DNA from: Lama guanicoe
Taxonomy: Eukaryota
DNA length: 64,000 nucleotides
Assembly (NCBI GenBank): GCA_013239625.1
Contig: MU053482.1
Coordinates: 4,725,775-4,789,774 of the forward strand
Reading direction: 5' to 3'
The position numbers and the translations under genes were made by a program. Position 1 is the first letter of the stretch; each line of letters starts with the position of its first letter. The notes below the pieces were generated by a model. That model did no database searches, had not been told where the DNA came from, and saw only the letters and a program-made list of their open reading frames with translations. Shown piece after piece: positions 12,131 to 25,460 of this stretch.

Positions 12131-14649
12131 CTTAATACGTTAGGATAACTCTTTTGAGACCCTTAGCAAGTCCTGGCAGCTTGCAGATTTTGAGACCCTT
12201 CTCCCCCAACAAACATTCAGATTACTTCTTCATTCTCAGAGTTTTTAGGTAGAGTCAGTGTATTTAACCGAGGATCGATTTAACAGAGTTCCAACTCTGC
12301 TCCTTTGCTCAAATTTTCCAGTGAACAGCAGCTGTGGCAGCCTGGGACAGATTTGGGGGCCCATGGCTCTACTGACTTTGCCCCCCACCCCCATAACCCT
12401 TAGGACCAGGGTGAGGGGTATGGAACTGAAGGCAGATTGCACTGCGTGGTCTCACGCAGCAGAGAAGGGGACCAGCCCTCCATCAAGGGCAGTGCTCACC
12501 TAGGGGAGACATGGGGAAGTGGGCCCCCTAGGGGGCAATACCAGAGTCTGAGATGAAGGGGATGTTGCACTTCAGAGTGGATATACAATATTCTTATTGT
12601 TCTCATGATTTAATCTACAAGTCAAAGTTCAACACACTTTTTTGCCAGTGGGGAGAGAAAATGAAGTGCCCAAGTATTGTTGAGCAGTGAGTTTGTGAAG
12701 GTGGGGAAACTGGCTGGGACTCTGCACCCACTGCACTCCCTCGAGCTTGGGGTGGCCTCCCCACATTCACCAGCTGGTATGTTGATCCTGACGGCACTTC
12801 CCCTGCTGGCTACTTTTGACTGCAGGTACTGGACCCCAAGTGCATAACAGAGGTGAACCCCACTCTGCCTTCTTGGCAGGGTGTTCTGGGAACTCAGGAG
12901 GGAACCACATGGCTGGGCTTGGTAACCCAGGCAGGGAAGGGCTGGTGGCTGCCGGGGGCAACTGGCCCATGTCAGCTACTGCTCTGGCCTGGGCCCCAGG
13001 GAGTCCCCAACCCTTCAAGATGGGCCTGGGGCCTGAACAGGTAAATGTTTGGGTGAAGTACATAAGACTTCTGGATACTACTTTGCAGGTGACAAAAAGG
13101 GAAGGGAGGAGCAAGGGTCACTTTGATCCACTGCTTGGTGAAAATATCATTCATTCGTTCATTCAGTCATCCATCCATCACTTACTCAGTTAACACGTGT
13201 TCTGGGCCCACCGCAGCCAGGACTCGTGCTACTTCCTTCTTCATCCGTCCCTTTTCCTGCAGCCCCACCCGCTGTCTCTAAGGAATTTGTGGAAATTTCT
13301 AAATAAATGATTAAGTAATAAGTAATAAAAATAAATAATAAATAAGTAATTCAACAAGAAAACTAAATGCCCAGGAAAAGACAACTATGTAAAATGCTAT
13401 TTAATTAAAAACATTTTTTTAAATAATAAAGTACCAAAATTAGAGTTTTAGAGAAAAGTCCACATTCTCATCAATCAATCTCCAGTCTAATTAAATGTCC
13501 CCAAGTCGTTTCTCATGGCAAGTCTCTGCACATAAACATCGTTCTGAAAGTCCTCCTGACTTGACGTGCTTTATAGGGAAGTGTGGAGGGAAAAGGGGTT
13601 TGGGCAACAACTTTATTAAAGAAAAGAACAGAATGGGTTTCATCATCCCTGGGACCCTGATTGGACTGCTAGGACTCAGGCAGCTGTCAACGTTGTTAGA
13701 GAGAAAATGTGACTTACAACCCCACCGTGTCACAGAGCAAACACACAATAAACAAAAACCAAGGAGGCAGGTTGTCTGGGGGCTGGTGAGGACCGGCATC
13801 TGCCGTCCCAAGGAAGAGAGGAGCCCCACTTTGCACACGTGACCAGGCGAGTGTGTGAGGTGTCTTTTGGTGGGTGAACTGTTAGACCTGCGGTGTAGAT
13901 GAGAGTCTTTTCTATCCCAGTCAACCCCCTGACTTCCCCACGGCTCCCCTGGTCCACACCTGGGAGGGCCTACCCAGAGGTGAAGCCAATGTTTTACTTG
14001 GAAGATGTTTATTACTCCCATGAACCACTATTAATTAGAGCCCACAATTGGTGCATCAGATATTCAGTGGACATGCTTGGGGACCACGGCCAAACAGTTT
14101 ATCAGCTTTCACTAGTTTCTGAATCCTAGTTTAGGCGCAAACCTCTTTGTGCCTCAGCCTCCCCACTTCTAACGTGGGCAGTTACAGAGTGGTTAACCCT
14201 GGGATGCTCATAGCAGCCACTGTTCTGTAAACAATGAGCGGTTCAGAGTGTTCTGAGGGCCCTTGAGTTGTTCCAGAAGGTCTGTCACCGAGTCTGTGAA
14301 ATCTGAGGCCCGAAAGGCGAGGAAGATGGGAGCATATTGTGCCTGCTGCCCCGATGCCTGGGGTGAGCGCTACCAGTGCACGCCGTGTACCCTGGCTTTG
14401 CAGCTCGCTGTTTCCCTCTGTGCGGGCCAAGGTCAGTGGTAACCCCTGGTAACACTTACAGCTTTAATTGTGGTGCTGAGGGCCACAATGCCTCCCTCTC
14501 CTGGTCTATTTTGGTCAAGGCAAAGTTCAAGAGGAAAGGGATCCCACAGTGGTGGCATGTGTGCAGCCGGAGCCCTCCCCTCCCTGCAGGTGTCTGAGCA
14601 CATGGGCTTGATTCCGGCAGCACTGAGCTGTGGTGCCAGCTCTGCCATG

Positions 14650-14810
14650 TGCTCTCGGGGCTGACTTCCTAGTCTTGCTAAGCTTCGTCCTTATCTCTAA
14701 ACTGGGAATTAAAAGTACCTGCCACCCCGGGCTGTCGTTCAACTGAACTATATGTAAAGGGCAGAGCATAGAGTTTGGCACAGAATGTGTATTCTGTCAA
14801 TGGGAGCGTT
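14650..14810 (+). mobile_element. MIR SINE
   Basis: tctgccatgtgctctcgggg...ccttatctctaaactgggaattaaaagtacctgcc. Confidence 0.6.
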
Positions 14811-15904
14811 CTTCCCCCAGCGGGTTCTTCCTGGTGCAGGCTTCCCAGTTTGGCCTGGGAGGAGCTGTCTTCTCCTGCAGTCCTGGGCTCCCAAATGGGG
14901 ACACTTCTTATAAGTGCCTTGTCTGCTTGTTGGCTGGATTCCAGAGCTTTCTACTTCTTTTGGTGCCAGAGGCAACAGGGGCTCCCTGAACTCACTTCCC
15001 ACTCAGTGAGGCCACAGAACCAATCTCCCATAATACATCACAGGCGAGATGCTGACCACTGCCTAGATGTAACCACTCTGGGGCCCCAGGCCCTCCCCAG
15101 CCTCTATCAATATTTGTGTACATTAGTGCTGGGGGTCCCAGGCTCTGCTCTCTGTTCAAGCAACTATAGGAAGCCTCAGCTCATTACTCTGGTGAGGCAC
15201 AGGACCATCTAGACATGGGACCCTCCTGTCATTTGCCCAGAAGGACCATTTTGTACAGTAGAGGCACATGTTTTCAAGGTCACAGGATCTTTCTGCCTAC
15301 TCCTGTCCCCCACCCCACCATGTGCACATGCGCGCGCGCACACACACACACACATTCCCCTGCTTCTCCAGCCGTGAAATCTCTAACTCCAGTTGCTTGA
15401 CCACTGGGCTCCTATCTTGTTGTTCTTGTTTGCCTGGTTTTGGTTTCATTTATCCTGCAGCTTTTGGGGAAACTGTCTCTGAGTCTTTGGAAAGTAAACA
15501 ACACAAAAGTAAATCGGTGTAGAAGCTCTTCAAAACGTTGACTTGTGTCACGCAGTAAAAAGTTTCTCTGCTGACCTCGGAATCAAGCTTTTCTGGAGGT
15601 CTCTGTTTAGTGAAGAGTTCCTGGAGATTTCTGTAGGTTGAAATATACTGGTTATCATTTGCAGTTACTTATTAGTGTGAATCAGACTTGTTCATAAGGT
15701 ACACCCAGTCAATATCAACACAAATCATAGAAACAATCAGATGCAGAGGGCTGCTCATAGCTGAGTCACATAATTCCTGGTTTCATTTTTTTGTGTGTGT
15801 TTAGCAAGTAACCTTGTTCAGTCTATGTCACAAATCAACTTATTATAATAAGTAAATGCGATATTTCCTTATGAAATTCAATACCATAGTTCTTTAAAAG
15901 TATT

Positions 15905-16270
15905 TGTGCATTATCGGTGTTTGGTTAATCACTGTGACAAAAAAACCCCCTCAAATTTCAGTGTCTTAATGTATATCCAAATATAGTGTGAGTCATCAGG
16001 AAGACAGTCCTACTGTCATGTAGGGCTTCTGCCTTCTTCCACCCTGCAGTTCCACCTTCCCCTGGGTCCTCCGAGTCATTGTCACTCAGCTCAAGTGGGA
16101 AAAGCCAGGAGCCTCTGTGGGGGGTTTTTGTGGCCCAGCCTGTAAGCAGTGCCCTCTGCTTACATCCCATTGGCCAGAACTCAATTGCATGACTGTCACC
16201 TGAATACAAGGCAAGGAAGTGTGTGTCCAGTAAGACGAATGTGGGTGAGGGGTAGCAGTGTCTGCTATAA
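15905..16270 (-). mobile_element. Old MLT1 (J/K-like) LTR
   Basis: ctgtgacaaaaaaaccccctcaaatttcagtgtcttaa...gcttacatcccattggccagaactcaattgcatgac. Confidence 0.65.
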
Positions 16271-16310
16271 ATATATACCCTCACCCAAGTGTGAGGCCCC
16301 TCAGAGAGCT

Positions 16311-16753
16311 TGTGGTTGGCAGAACGACAGCCTTCCAAAGATGTCCATGTCCTCATATCTAGAATCTGTGAATCTGTTACCTGACATGTAAAAGGGACCT
16401 TGCAGGTGTGATTCAGAATCTTGAGATAAGGAGAGTTTGCCGGATGACCTGGGTGTAATCACAAGGGTCCTTAGAAGTGGAAGAGGGTGGCGGGAGTCAG
16501 AGAGAGGTTTAAAGATGCTGTGGCTTTGAAGATAGAGGCAAGGAATGCAAGCAGCCTCGAGAAGCTACAGAGGCAAGGGAATGAGTCTCCCCTAGACCCT
16601 CTAGAAGAAATGCAGCCCTGTAGACACCTTGATTTTAGCCCATGAAACTCGTTTCAGGCTTCTGATCTGCAGGGTTGTAAGAGAGTAAATTTATGTTGTT
16701 TTAAGTCACTAAGTGTGTGGCTATTCGCTACAGAGCCATAGGAAACCAATGCA
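16311..16753 (+). mobile_element. MLT1D-like MaLR solo LTR
   Basis: tgtggttggcagaac...aaagatgtccatgtcctc...gtaatcacaagggtccttagaagtggaagagg...ttgttttaagtcactaagtgtgtgg...ataggaaaccaatgca. Confidence 0.9.
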
Positions 16754-16899
16754 GAGCTCCTTCTGCTTTCATCCCCACTGTGTGTCTGATCTGCAGAATG
16801 TACGCGTAGTAGGGGTATTTTTCACATGGAGTTTGGCAGGGAACAAAGCAAACCTGTGAAGCAGGAACTGAATCAACAAGGAAGGTGAAGCTGTATCCT

Positions 16900-17162
16900 A
16901 AAGACTTATTCAGGCCCAGTTGCATCACCATCCCAGGGTTCCAGGTGCTACCAAAAGAGAAGTCCTAATTCACAAGCACTTCTAGTCTCTGCTTGTGTCT
17001 CATTTATTATTTTCTGTTGTCCAGGGCAGGTCACATGGCCAAGCTTGGATTTAAGGGATGGAGAAATAAACTCTGCCTTTTGATAGGAGGGACAGCAAAG
17101 TTGCATTGCAAAGTACAGGACAGGAGGAATTATTGCAGCCATCTTCACAAATGACCCACCAC
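16900..17162 (-). mobile_element. MLT1 (H/J-like) LTR fragment
   Basis: ggtcacatggccaagc...aagggatggagaaataaactctgccttttgataggagg...gcagccatctt. Confidence 0.65.
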
Positions 17163-17630
17163 TGTCAGTACTGAGATGTAGGACAGAGGTGAGGAGGGGC
17201 CTGGAGGCTCAGTTCCATGAGGGAAGTGGCAGGGAGAAATGCGGAGCACACATGACAGTCAATCCACACGTGCCACACATGGAGGACACTGGGGTCAGCG
17301 AGGGGACTTGACTTCACCTTCTGTCTTAAACTGCAGGGAAATGTATCATCTCATGTGGCGAAACTGCAGAGGTCGGGCTTGCTCCAGCTTGGCCAAAGGG
17401 GCAACTCAACAAGGTCACCCGTCCCAGGTCCTGACCGTCAACTCTCTGCCCTCCTCAGTGAGGGCTGGCCCTTTAGGCTTGCAGTACAATGACGGCAGCC
17501 AGTCTCAGAGCCACACCCAGGCACCTGTAGAGGGAGAAGCAGAAACTGTTCTCAGAACCCAGCCCAGCAGTCTTCCCCGTAGAGCTCCTTGGCCAGCATT
17601 GGGCCAAGAGGGTGGGACTGCCATGGCTGG

Positions 17631-18090
17631 TCATTTTAGTGTCCTGCGGCTGCCAAAACAAAATACCACATGCTGTGTGGCTTAAAGCAACAGAAATGTG
17701 TTGTCTCACAGTTCTGAAGGCTAGAAGTCCTAAATCAATGTGTTGGCAGTGCCTTGTTCTCTCTGAAACCTGAAGGAAAACCCTTCCTTGCCTCCTCCTA
17801 TCTTCAGGTGGTTTGCCCCAAATCTTTGACACGCCTTGGCCTGTAGATGCACCCCTCCAACCTCGCGTCTTCACTGGCCTGCTCCCTGTGTCTTCACATT
17901 GTCTTCCCTCTGTCCATGTCTGTCTCTGAGTCCAGATTTCCCCTTTTCATAAGGACATGGGCCATATTGGATTAAGGCCCACCTTAATGACTTCATTTTA
18001 CTTGACAACCTCTGTTGCAACCCTATTTCTAAATAAGGTCGCATTCTGAGGTAGTAGGGGTTTTCTGAGGGGGACTGCAAGGCTTATAAG
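17631..18090 (-). mobile_element. MLT1C-like MaLR LTR
   Basis: ggctgccaaaacaaaataccac...gcttaaagcaacagaaatg...ctcacagttctgaaggctagaagtcc...ccctatttctaaataaggtcgcattctgaggta. Confidence 0.9.
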
Positions 18091-18984
18091 ACTAATATCT
18101 GAGTGCAGCTGGTGTTGGGAGTGGACCACAAGGACCCCTGCAGCCCTCGAACGAGTGAATGAGTGAATGAACAGGCACGGTACGTGGGGATGCATGTAGA
18201 GTCATGTGATGGCTTTGTGGTGAAGCCTGTGGGGTAATTTTAGCCCCAGAACTCACTGAGGATATTTGGGCACTTGTACCTTCTGCTTATGACAGATTGT
18301 TGATCACAGTTATGATTTATCCCTGGCTGCATCTTTCATCGAGAATGCAACCCTTCAAGGAGAACAAATGCTGTTCCTCTGGGAAATTTTGACAATCCAC
18401 ATTACGACATGGTTTCCAGGAATACATCGTGGTGAAAACGTCCAGCCTGCTTATATAGACACTCAGCAAGTATCCACAAACACCCACCTGGTACACACAG
18501 ACCATCATCACCAGGGCAACCCAGGAGAGCAGCCGGCTGCCTAGCAACACTGCCTCCCTGGCTCCCACCTTCCATTACTGCTTTCCTCTTCAAGGCAGCT
18601 CTCCAAGGGCAGGACAGTTGGATTTCACTGTGGGAGGGAGGGGGGACTCTGGATATCCTACTCACAAAATTTACCAGAGTTGCCTTGTTGTTTTAAAATA
18701 TGTTTAGGTCTACCCAACCCCAAACATACCATATATTTCTTAGAAGCCAAACTGAAAATCTGCACCATCATTGAAAGTCCTTAGTAATACATAATGCCAG
18801 ATTAGGGGTTGCCAGCATTGTAGAGGAAGCACTAAATCACTTACCTTGTTCTTTTGAGTGGGTGGGGGACCGGGTGGAATTGGGGTATCAGAGAGTTTCT
18901 GGGAGGGGCCAGAGTCAAAAATAAAAATCTCTCCCGCATAGTCTATTAATTAGAAATTCATTCCAGTAGATCCTTTAATGGCTT

Positions 18985-19070
18985 TTTAAATTTTTATTTT
19001 TATTTCCCTAATGATTATTGATGTTGAGCAACTTTTCACATACCTATTGGCTATTTGCATGTCTTCTTTT
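18985..19070 (-). mobile_element. L1 fragment
   Basis: atttccctaatgattattgatgttgagcaacttttcacatacctattggctatttgcatgtcttctttt. Confidence 0.75.
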
Positions 19071-19392
19071 TCTCTCAGTGGATCCTTTAACAATATGTGT
19101 CTATCTCCACAGAGAGCTAGCAGTCAGTCACCTTTTACTGCAATTGTTTTCCCTGATAATAAGGACTGGTTTTTGACCAGTGGAGACAGGAGAGCAGTGG
19201 AGTCAGAGAAATCGATTTGCAACCTGGACACTTTGAGAAGGGCAGACCTCCGTGACAGTGGGTGTTTGGGGGCTTGTAGATGGTAGAGGAAAAGGGTACA
19301 GAACGGAAGGAGAAGGATGCCAGAAGCCACTGTGATTCTGACCAGAGCAGGGACCCAGGGGGCCATCACAACTTCTGTCCACAGTCGCTTTT

Positions 19393-19979
19393 GCTGCTAG
19401 GAAAGGGTGGTTTTTCTCCAGTAGCAGCTCCTGCCCTTGAACTTGAACCCTCTCCTAGGTAATGGTGTCACCACCCACCGAAGTACCCAGGCTACTCCAG
19501 ACGCCTCTCTTGTGCTCAGTGTTGGGCTCACTGCCGTTCTTCAAAGTCCAAGGACCCCCCATCCCTGGCCTCTCAGATGTCTGACATTCTTTGCTGGGCA
19601 CGTTTCCCCTAGCAAACTAATAGCCCTAGGCAATGCCTAATCTCACAATAGCTCGGCTGGCTTGTTTCAGCCCACCTCATCAGAGTCATAGACCCCACCA
19701 CCCTTCCTGGACCTTAAAACTCTTACCTCACCTGCAACCAGTCGGAGCCTTGCACACAAGCTGATCAGGTATCTTGTGACCCTACTTTATCAAAGTCCCC
19801 AATAACTGGCCCTCAGTGCTCACACAGGCACCCCTCACCCGTGTGGCCCGCTCTTTCCTATGACAGTGTACCCTAATTAACTCCTTTCTATTCTCATACT
19901 TAACCTCTGGTAAATTCTCTTACCAACCCGTGTTACCGGCCCACCACGCTGTGCACACAGCACTTCGTCCCTGTCAACA
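19393..19979 (+). mobile_element. ERVL-class solo LTR (MER74/MER54-like)
   Basis: aaccagtcggagccttgcac...ggtaaattctcttaccaacccgtgttaccggccc ending ...tcaaca; subfamily and left edge uncertain. Confidence 0.6.
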
Positions 19980-20099
19980 GGTCATGACACTTCCACCTCC
20001 TCCATATTGTTCAAATCTTTCTCCTCTTCCTCATCTCTGCAACCCTCTACCTGTCCAATCCCTCTGCCTCTGACTCATCCTCCATCTACTCAAAGTGGT

Positions 20100-20556
20100 C
20101 TTGGTGAACTGCTTATCTCATCACCCCACCCTGTGCATCTACCCCTGCAAACCGCTTCTATCCCGCTCTTGGCCCTGGGGGCTGACCTGAGTGGACCACA
20201 GTGATAGCCTCCCTTGGCTTCTGCTTTGGTTGGACTCGGCCAATGGGGAGCAGCAGCAGGAGGTCAAAGGGGGAAGAGAGTGAGGCTGGGTCTTTACCCA
20301 CCTCACTGCGGAGTCACCTTAGACTAAGGCCACAGCTCCTCTCCAGGTGACCTTCTCATGACTGTCCCAGCAATGCTCTTTCCCCTCACCCCTTCCTACC
20401 ATGGCTCTCCTGTTACTTGCTTCAGGTAGAGCATTATACCTTGTGGTTTTAGCACATGGTGCCCAAACCTGAGTAAAAAGCCTTTCCATTTAGAACTCCT
20501 CAAATTATCCTCATTTAAGCATGCCAGCCCGTTCTGCTGGGTCCCTGAATGATTCA
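20100..20556 (+). mobile_element. LTR33-like ERVL LTR
   Basis: ggccaatggggagcagcagcaggagg...gagagtgaggctggg...aactcctcaaattatcctcatttaagcatgcca...ctgctgggtccctgaatgattca. Confidence 0.75.
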
Positions 20557-20559
20557 GTT

Positions 20560-20900
20560 CTGCTACTCAAAGGTTCCCACCGCCTTTAAAATGAAGTCCA
20601 TATTGATAATCCCGGGATTCAAGATCCCTCGTCATCCAGCCCCCATTTACCTTTCCTGCCTGGTTCTTGCCACTGGCCTTCCCTTCCCCTAGAATCTAAT
20701 TATAAGGAGTTGGTTGTATTTACCTTCAGATATTTGCATCTCTGAGCACACTGTTCTTTATGCCTGATCAGCCTGCCCCTCTCTCTCAGCCTCGGGAAAA
20801 CCTGGCTATCTGTTAAGGCCTGATGCAAAGGTACTGAAGGTCTAGCACCGTGCCTAGTACATGGTAAACTCTCAGCAGTCACAGATGAATGAGTAAATGA
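20560..20900 (+). mobile_element. L2 fragments including 3' end
   Basis: ggttcccaccgcctttaaaatgaagtcca...ctagcaccgtgcctagtacatggtaaactctcag...gaatgagtaaatga. Confidence 0.6.
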
Positions 20901-22389
20901 GAATTTTTGAGAACCTCACTTCCAGGCCCAATGGCATACAAAGGTATATTCACAGAGACATAGGACGCGATGCTTAAGGAAAAGGATTTCACACTAAAAG
21001 CAGGTACTGCCCAGGCTTCTTCCCTAAATTCTGGGGACCAGCGGCAGGGGGAAGGTAGGAGGCTTCAGGCACAAGGCAGCACTAGTGTGTGGCCCCGAGC
21101 AAAGCTGGGGAGGAGCAGTGGCATCTCCCCCACAGGCTTGTCTCTGATCATCCCTGATGAATCACTGTGGGAAAAACAGAGATGTTCCAGAGAGCCAGAC
21201 ATGTAATCAGCAGGAAAATCCTTCCCTTCAGGGTGTTCTCATTCAGTTAATATTCTCCTGCTGTGAGCTTCCTCAGGAGAGGATGCCCTGGTGAAGAGTA
21301 GGGATGGAGCCGGAGTGGGCGAGGGAGGAGTGGGACTGGAGGATGGGAGGAGGGCCGGTGTACCCCAGCCCTTAGGGGAGGCTTCCGGGAGCCAGGTGGC
21401 TGAATCCATCACCCAGAACAAGGGCCCCGAGGCCCACTAGAGAGTGGGCCAGAGGGCCTGGAATGCTTCGGGTTGCCCCTCATTTATGTGGGACAGCTGA
21501 CAGAGCAGGTCTCCAACCCTTCTTACTCTGGATCTGACTGCTGAAGAAATAATTTTCTGAAAATTGCATAAGAAACTGTCACTAGAGGGTCCCTGTGGGT
21601 AGGCGAGGCTAAGGAAGAGCATTTCTTTTTTTTCATTTTATACTGTTTTGTGTAAATAGCATGCAGTGGTGTGATTTTTGAAAAATGCCAAATGGTTGTC
21701 TCATCAATGGAACTTTGGATCAGTTGGTTTGCAGTTTATTTCTGTATTTTAAAAATAATAATAAATGTTATTAAAAATCAATGTACCTACTGTACCTCTA
21801 AGATTTCCAAGACAGCCCCGAGTTCAAATACTCTGTCCCTTTGGTCTCACACACCATAGAAATGTCCCAGAAATTCTGATAGCGTGATAGAATCAAAATT
21901 TCCTCACGTATCTGAAAGTCATGCCAAATCTCAAAATCAGACCTCAGTTCCTAATTTCTAGCATAGAAAATATATTCAAAATTTTCAAGTCCAGTAAGAA
22001 CATTCACTTTCCTCTCTGAGCGCACCCTCCCAGGTGCTCAGAATAGCAGCAGTACATTAATTTTTTTTGAGAATCTGAAGATGCAAACATGCTTTTAAAG
22101 GGTTGTGTGAGTCTGCCGATCCCCAAGTTTAAGAATGGTTCCCTGGGCACTAGGAGCCTGCTGGGGGCACTCACGCTATCTAGAAATGGGGGATCACTCC
22201 CCAAGTTGTCTCCAGTTATAGATCCTGCCAAGACCTGGCCTCAGCCAGGGCCACTGGTTTCCATTCATGTTCTGGAAACTTCTTTTTTCTCTGGAGCTTC
22301 CTCTTACCATGTCTTAGCAACTACTGACTCTTCTAAACCAGAGGCAAGATATTCCACTGATGACATTGCTAGAGCTTCTGAATCAAGCT

Positions 22390-22530
22390 CCTCCTGAAGG
22401 CAGCCTATCACTGTATTTTGTTACAAGCCAATAAATTCCCCTTTTGCTTTAAGAGTATTCAAGTGTTTTGTTGTTGTTGTTGTTTTGCTTTGTTTTTCCT
22501 CGCTGCAATATAAAGACTCCTGAGTGATGT
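22390..22530 (+). mobile_element. Old MLT1 (K/L-like) LTR 3' fragment
   Basis: agccaataaattcccttttgctttaag...ctgcaatataaagactcctgagtgat. Confidence 0.55.
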
Positions 22531-23029
22531 GCTATGCTGAAGGCAGGCCTAGAATCTGCGCCAGGTCTCTGCCCTAGTGAGGGACCTAATATCTCCTGCT
22601 CTCTGCTTATCCCAGGCTGCCACGAGAAACCATCAGCCCTCAGATTCCAGACATGACAATGCCATTCTGCCACCAGCCCTGCTTAAACCCTTGCCCTGGC
22701 TCCCTATCTGGTGGCAGGGGTTCCACTACCCTTGGAATAACCTTCAGAGGACAACTACCCTCCATGTCCTTGACTAGATTAGTCTGGGAACCACAGTGAA
22801 ATGAATTTGTGGTCAGGGGAGTAATGGGGAGTTGTAACAGCAGGGCTGGGACAGTGAGAAAGGGGTTGACAGGCCCCATAAATGAGAAAGAAACAAAGGC
22901 ACACACAGATTGATTTCTCAACAGAAGTTCTCTGTACTGGAGCATCTCTTGGGACCAGCAGTTCTGACCCTGTGGCTTTCTTCCCTCAGCACAGCTGCTA
23001 CAATTGTGCAACAGAAGAGAGCAAGAGGC

Positions 23030-23655
23030 AGGGCAACCATCTGGAAAACCATTTGTTAGCACCTCAGAAAGGTGAAGACATGCACATCCTTCAACCCTGC
23101 AATTACACGCTGAGGTATAAACCCTGGAGAAATATATGCACATGCCACCAGGACACATGTACAAGAATGCCCACTGCAGCACTGTCGTAATAGTCAAAAC
23201 CTAAAAACAACTCAAATGTTCATCAGCAGTCATATGGATAAATAAGTATGGCATTCCCATATAACAGCCATGAATACTATACAGCCATGAAAATGAGCCA
23301 CTACAGCGGCACACGACAATACGGGTGACTCTCATAAACACAACTGAGCAAAAGAAGCCAGACACAAACACCCCAAAGAAGATTCTATTCACACAAAGCT
23401 CAAAACAGGCAAAATTATTTTCTTTAGGAACGTAAACTGAAGTGGTAAAACTCAAAGAAAGGGAAGTAAACGCCATACAAGTCTAAGGGAGAAGGAGGGT
23501 GTGATCAGATGCAAGGGGCTTCAGAGGGCTGGCAATGTTTCATTTCTTGATGTGAGTGGTGAGTACATGGGCGTTTGCTTTATAGTTATTTATTAGAATG
23601 TATAAGGTTCTATGTACTTTTCTGTATGTATGTTAATTTCATTATAAAAAAAAAA
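23030..23655 (+). mobile_element. Old L1 (L1ME/MC-like) 3' region
   Basis: caaccatctggaaaaccattt...gcacatgccaccaggacacatgtacaagaatg...aaagaagccagacacaaa...tttctgtatgtatgttaatttcattataaaaaaaaa. Confidence 0.9.
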
Positions 23656-25329
23656 GAGTGAAACAGCCTTGTTTTAAGAGGACCTTGAGTGAGGGTCTTA
23701 CCCTCTGATGCTCTCTGCTTCAGAACCCACAATCATGGTCCTAGAGGAGGGTCATCCCTGCGTGGTCCTTGCGTCCCCGCCCTGCTCCTGGGAATCAGTC
23801 CCAAGACCACCAGCACTGGCAGAAGCAATCTCATCCTTGACTAAGCCTGACTCAGCCGTCCCTGATTGCGTCTTCTGGGCTCTCACATCCCAAGGATGTA
23901 ACTGAGTGTGCTCTGTGGGAGACAGTCTGTAATGCATTTCCTAGGATGGAAACTGAACGGAAATCAAAATAGTTGTGCCAGATTGCTGGTGTGCATCACA
24001 GATGAGGAGCAGCCTGCTATGCCTGGCCTGGGCTGCTGCCTGGTAGGCACATCTCTGGTCTGATTTCCTCCTCCTCCTCCTCCTCCACTTCCTCCACTCA
24101 GGGGGCTGGTGTGCATGCCTGCTCTCTGAGTGAGACAGGAGGGTCGAGTTTAGCTCAGGCACCTTCTCATCAAGACCCTTTCTGAGCATTCGGAATTTTT
24201 TCTCCACAGCACTCACCAGGCAGCTCAGCATAAAGAAATAGGTGCTCAGTGACCTGTGGTGGTAGGTGACTCTTTGCTGCTCTGAGATGGGCAACGTTGA
24301 GTCTGGGACTGAGAAGGCTACTGCCCTCAAGGACAGCTTAGATTGAGTCACCTGTGAAACCCAGGAGCTTTATTCAAGGCACAAGGATCCCCTGGTTTGG
24401 GGCTTGGGGAGTGGTGAAGCTATAATTGGAAAGACCCTAGTCTCCGGGATGCTGGTCACCTGATGACTTACTATGTGAATAGAAGTTCACACTTCCCTCA
24501 AGGGGAAGTTCCCAGCAAGGTAGGGTCGGAAACCCCACACTCAACTCCTTCATTAGGGATTTGCAGAGGTCGATCCAAGTATTCAAGATAGCCAGGGGCT
24601 TCCAGGAATGATGGTGACCTGCTGAAGATTTCCAGTGCTAGATCCCTTGACACAGTCACCTCGACACATTCCTGGCAAGGGAACCATGTGAACACAGGTG
24701 AAAAGACATGGGAGGCTTGGATGCTGCCCCTTTCACCCACTCCCTTTGCCTCTTCCTCCCCTGGCCTCAGAGCTCACTGCTCCCTGGGTCTCTGGATACA
24801 AAAGCTCAGGGGTCCTGCCCTCGGAGGCAGCTGGTACGTTCCTGGACCCAAACACATTCAGAGAGACCCGAGCTTGGAGAAATCTCCGAGTAGTCTAGGC
24901 AGGCTACAGTGTGAAAGAGGGATGTGGGGACAGGCAGGAGGAAGTCAGGAAGGAGCCTCTATCGCTGCAAATAGAAGCCTCAGATTGTGGTGCAACGAAA
25001 TCACCGTATATGGCTTGGGAGGAAATTCTCTGCAAGGAGCTGCATGCAAATAGGTCATCAAGTAATGGCAAAAATATGCAGCTAAATGGAGGTGCCTCTG
25101 AAGGGCTTCTGTGTCTCTAAGGGCTAAGTAAACTCCAGGAAGCCATAAGGACTCAGAGCTTCATTCCACAGAGGATGGGGGACAAGAGATGCTCCCTCTG
25201 CTTCCCTGCCCAGCCTCCTGCCTCCTGCCTCCTGCTTGGACCACCAGGACCACCCTCAGTTTGATCAGCATCACTGTTTCCTGCTGCTGAGATCAGGCAG
25301 GGACTTGGAGATTGCTTGAGACAGCTTCT

Positions 25330-25460
25330 GGTGACTAATGCAGTACTTGAACAGGAAACAGACTGGAAAGGGATTCAGAGGAGCTATAAATAGCCCATGT
25401 CCTAAAAAATCTAACTTAGGAAGAAATGGAATTAACACACTGGAAGGAGAACAAGGAGAT
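25330..25460 (+). mobile_element. L3/CR1-like fragment
   Basis: acagactggaaagggattcagaggag...ctggaaggagaa resembles the CR1 ORF2 3' end. Confidence 0.35.

Noticed and set aside
18317..18568. 83-aa minus-strand ORF with a hydrophobic, TM-like stretch
   Set aside because: GTG start, no recognisable homolog and no in-frame link to the nearby splice sites that I could establish.
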